This document shows positions 63,122 through 64,000 of a stretch of 64,000 bases of DNA, piece by piece. The DNA lies in contig CAVUXX010000003.1 in the NCBI GenBank assembly GCA_963745555.1, positions 216,921-280,920 on the forward strand, read 5' to 3'. The position numbers were made by a program, and so were the translations under genes. The notes below the pieces were generated by a model, which did no database searches, was not told the DNA's origin, and was given only the letters and a program-made list of their open reading frames with translations. Origin of the DNA: an uncultured Acidobacteriaceae bacterium (GTDB taxonomy: Bacteria > Acidobacteriota > Terriglobia > Terriglobales > Acidobacteriaceae). How positions within the stretch are numbered: the stretch's first letter is position 1; each line of letters starts with the position of its first letter.

Positions 63122-63294
63122 GGCTGTGGTGCGCATCTCGCCTTGAAATGCATCGCTCCGCGGCACCGGAGTGACTGCGAACAAACCAAACTACCCACTT
63201 CCTCGAAGACGACCGAGGCGGCTCTAATTGAGCGTGAAGATGAGTAACCCCAAAACGCCAGAACGGGGGTACTTCCCAATAGGCCAGAACCCGC

Positions 63295-63744
63295 TCAGAA
63301 TATTCCGACTGAAGGCCGCATGTGCCTATTGGCAGTCTGTTCTAGCATATACACGTGACCAATCTCAAGCTGCTCCGGGCAGACATCGAGACCACTCGAC
63401 CCGCTCCACAGGAGTTGCAGATTCGATGAGTATTTATTTCCTACGACGACATCATCCTCATCCGTGATCGTTAGGTGGAACGCCCTTGAGAAGATCCAAG
63501 CTTTCCAGAATGCCCCTTCCGGTGCATCTGCTTCGCCGTATACGGTCCTTTCAGCGGACACGACCTGAGCGGCAATGTGAAGCGGAATCTCTTCACCGAG
63601 TGCATACGAAAGCTTGTCGAGGGTGAGAGAAACTCGCACGCCGTACTTGGTAGGTCCCCAATTGTCCGGCGTTGCAGCCATACTCTGCGCACAAGGTGAT
63701 AAGCCAAGGATGATGGCAACCAGCAGCGCATGCGGTGTCTTCAT
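63295..63744 (-). CDS. Secreted hypothetical protein
   Basis: MKTPHALLVAIILGLSPCAQSMA signal peptide; beta-rich LTLDKLSYALGEEIPLHI segment. Confidence 0.5.
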   Translation of the reverse strand: MKTPHALLVAIILGLSPCAQSMAATPDNWGPTKYGVRVSLTLDKLSYALGEEIPLHIAAQVVSAERTVYGEADAPEGAFWKAWIFSRAFHLTITDEDDVVVGNKYSSNLQLLWSGSSGLDVCPEQLEIGHVYMLEQTANRHMRPSVGIF

Positions 63745-63830
63745 GCGAGTCAGTATCTGGGAACTCTCCAGGCAGGTATCAACTTTGTGTACTGGTTGAT
63801 CCCAAGTATTCTGGGTTCGCTTTTCCGTCG

Positions 63831-64000
63831 TCACCACACTCGGCAGCGTGATGCATGTACCATCGCCTGGCCTTCTTTGCAGTTGAACGCCTTCTGAAAT
63901 TCAGGCATGTTCGACACCACGTTGTTCACGCGCAGCGTCGGAACCGAGTGCGGATTCGTTAATATGAGCGTCCGGGCTGCTTCAGGTCGCATCTGGTCGC
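63831..64000 (-). CDS. M13 (neprilysin/PepO) metallopeptidase, C-terminal end (not in the ORF track)
   Basis: Minus strand: DQMRPEAARTLILTNPHSVPTLRVNNVVSNMPEFQKAFNCKEGQAMVHASRCRVW*. Confidence 0.88.
   Translation of the reverse strand, partial: DQMRPEAARTLILTNPHSVPTLRVNNVVSNMPEFQKAFNCKEGQAMVHASRCRVW

Noticed and set aside
1-64000. CRISPR array, tRNA/rRNA, prophage or anti-phage defence genes
   Set aside because: No regularly spaced repeats, RNA gene signatures, or phage, nuclease or NTPase defence motifs were recognised

Overview
Bacterial chromosomal window, most likely from an Acidobacteriota (Terriglobia) genome. This is inferred from an Oar-like TonB-dependent receptor, an ADOP permease and an acidobacterial PQQ-like beta-propeller. 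Left to right: (1) an mdtB-mdtC-outer membrane factor efflux operon (1-5031). (2) A ~28 kb carbohydrate and amino-sugar utilisation region (5202-33534): TonB receptor, esterase, amidohydrolase, M20 hydrolase, APC permease, two paralogous clan GH-D (GH36/GH27-like) glycosidases with PKD domains, agaS, nagB, a Tat-exported Gfo/Idh/MocA protein, and a DeoR-linked aldolase/epimerase-like/FGGY kinase/fucose-isomerase-like operon. (3) A redox/detox cluster (VOC, 2 SDRs, DUF1330, DUF4331, PAP2, LLM, CMD) next to a MEDS protein and a multi-PAS histidine kinase. (4) An ADOP permease, an integrase stub and a third GH36-like gene. (5) A MexEF-OprN/SmeVWX-like RND operon beside a TetR gene, broken by a nonsense codon and a complete IS701-family element. 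(6) A divergent pair, a secreted double-domain aspartyl protease and a CadC/ToxR-like wHTH-TM-beta-propeller regulator, with Pho-box-like repeats between them. The window ends in the 3' end of an M13 peptidase. About 12 single-base indels split otherwise intact genes and look like long-read errors. Several short gene stubs in intergenic regions (nagX-like, MFS, SDR, ADH, ohr, integrase) look like real deletion scars. No rRNA, tRNA or CRISPR array was recognised. All family calls come from motif recognition by eye; no database searches were run.
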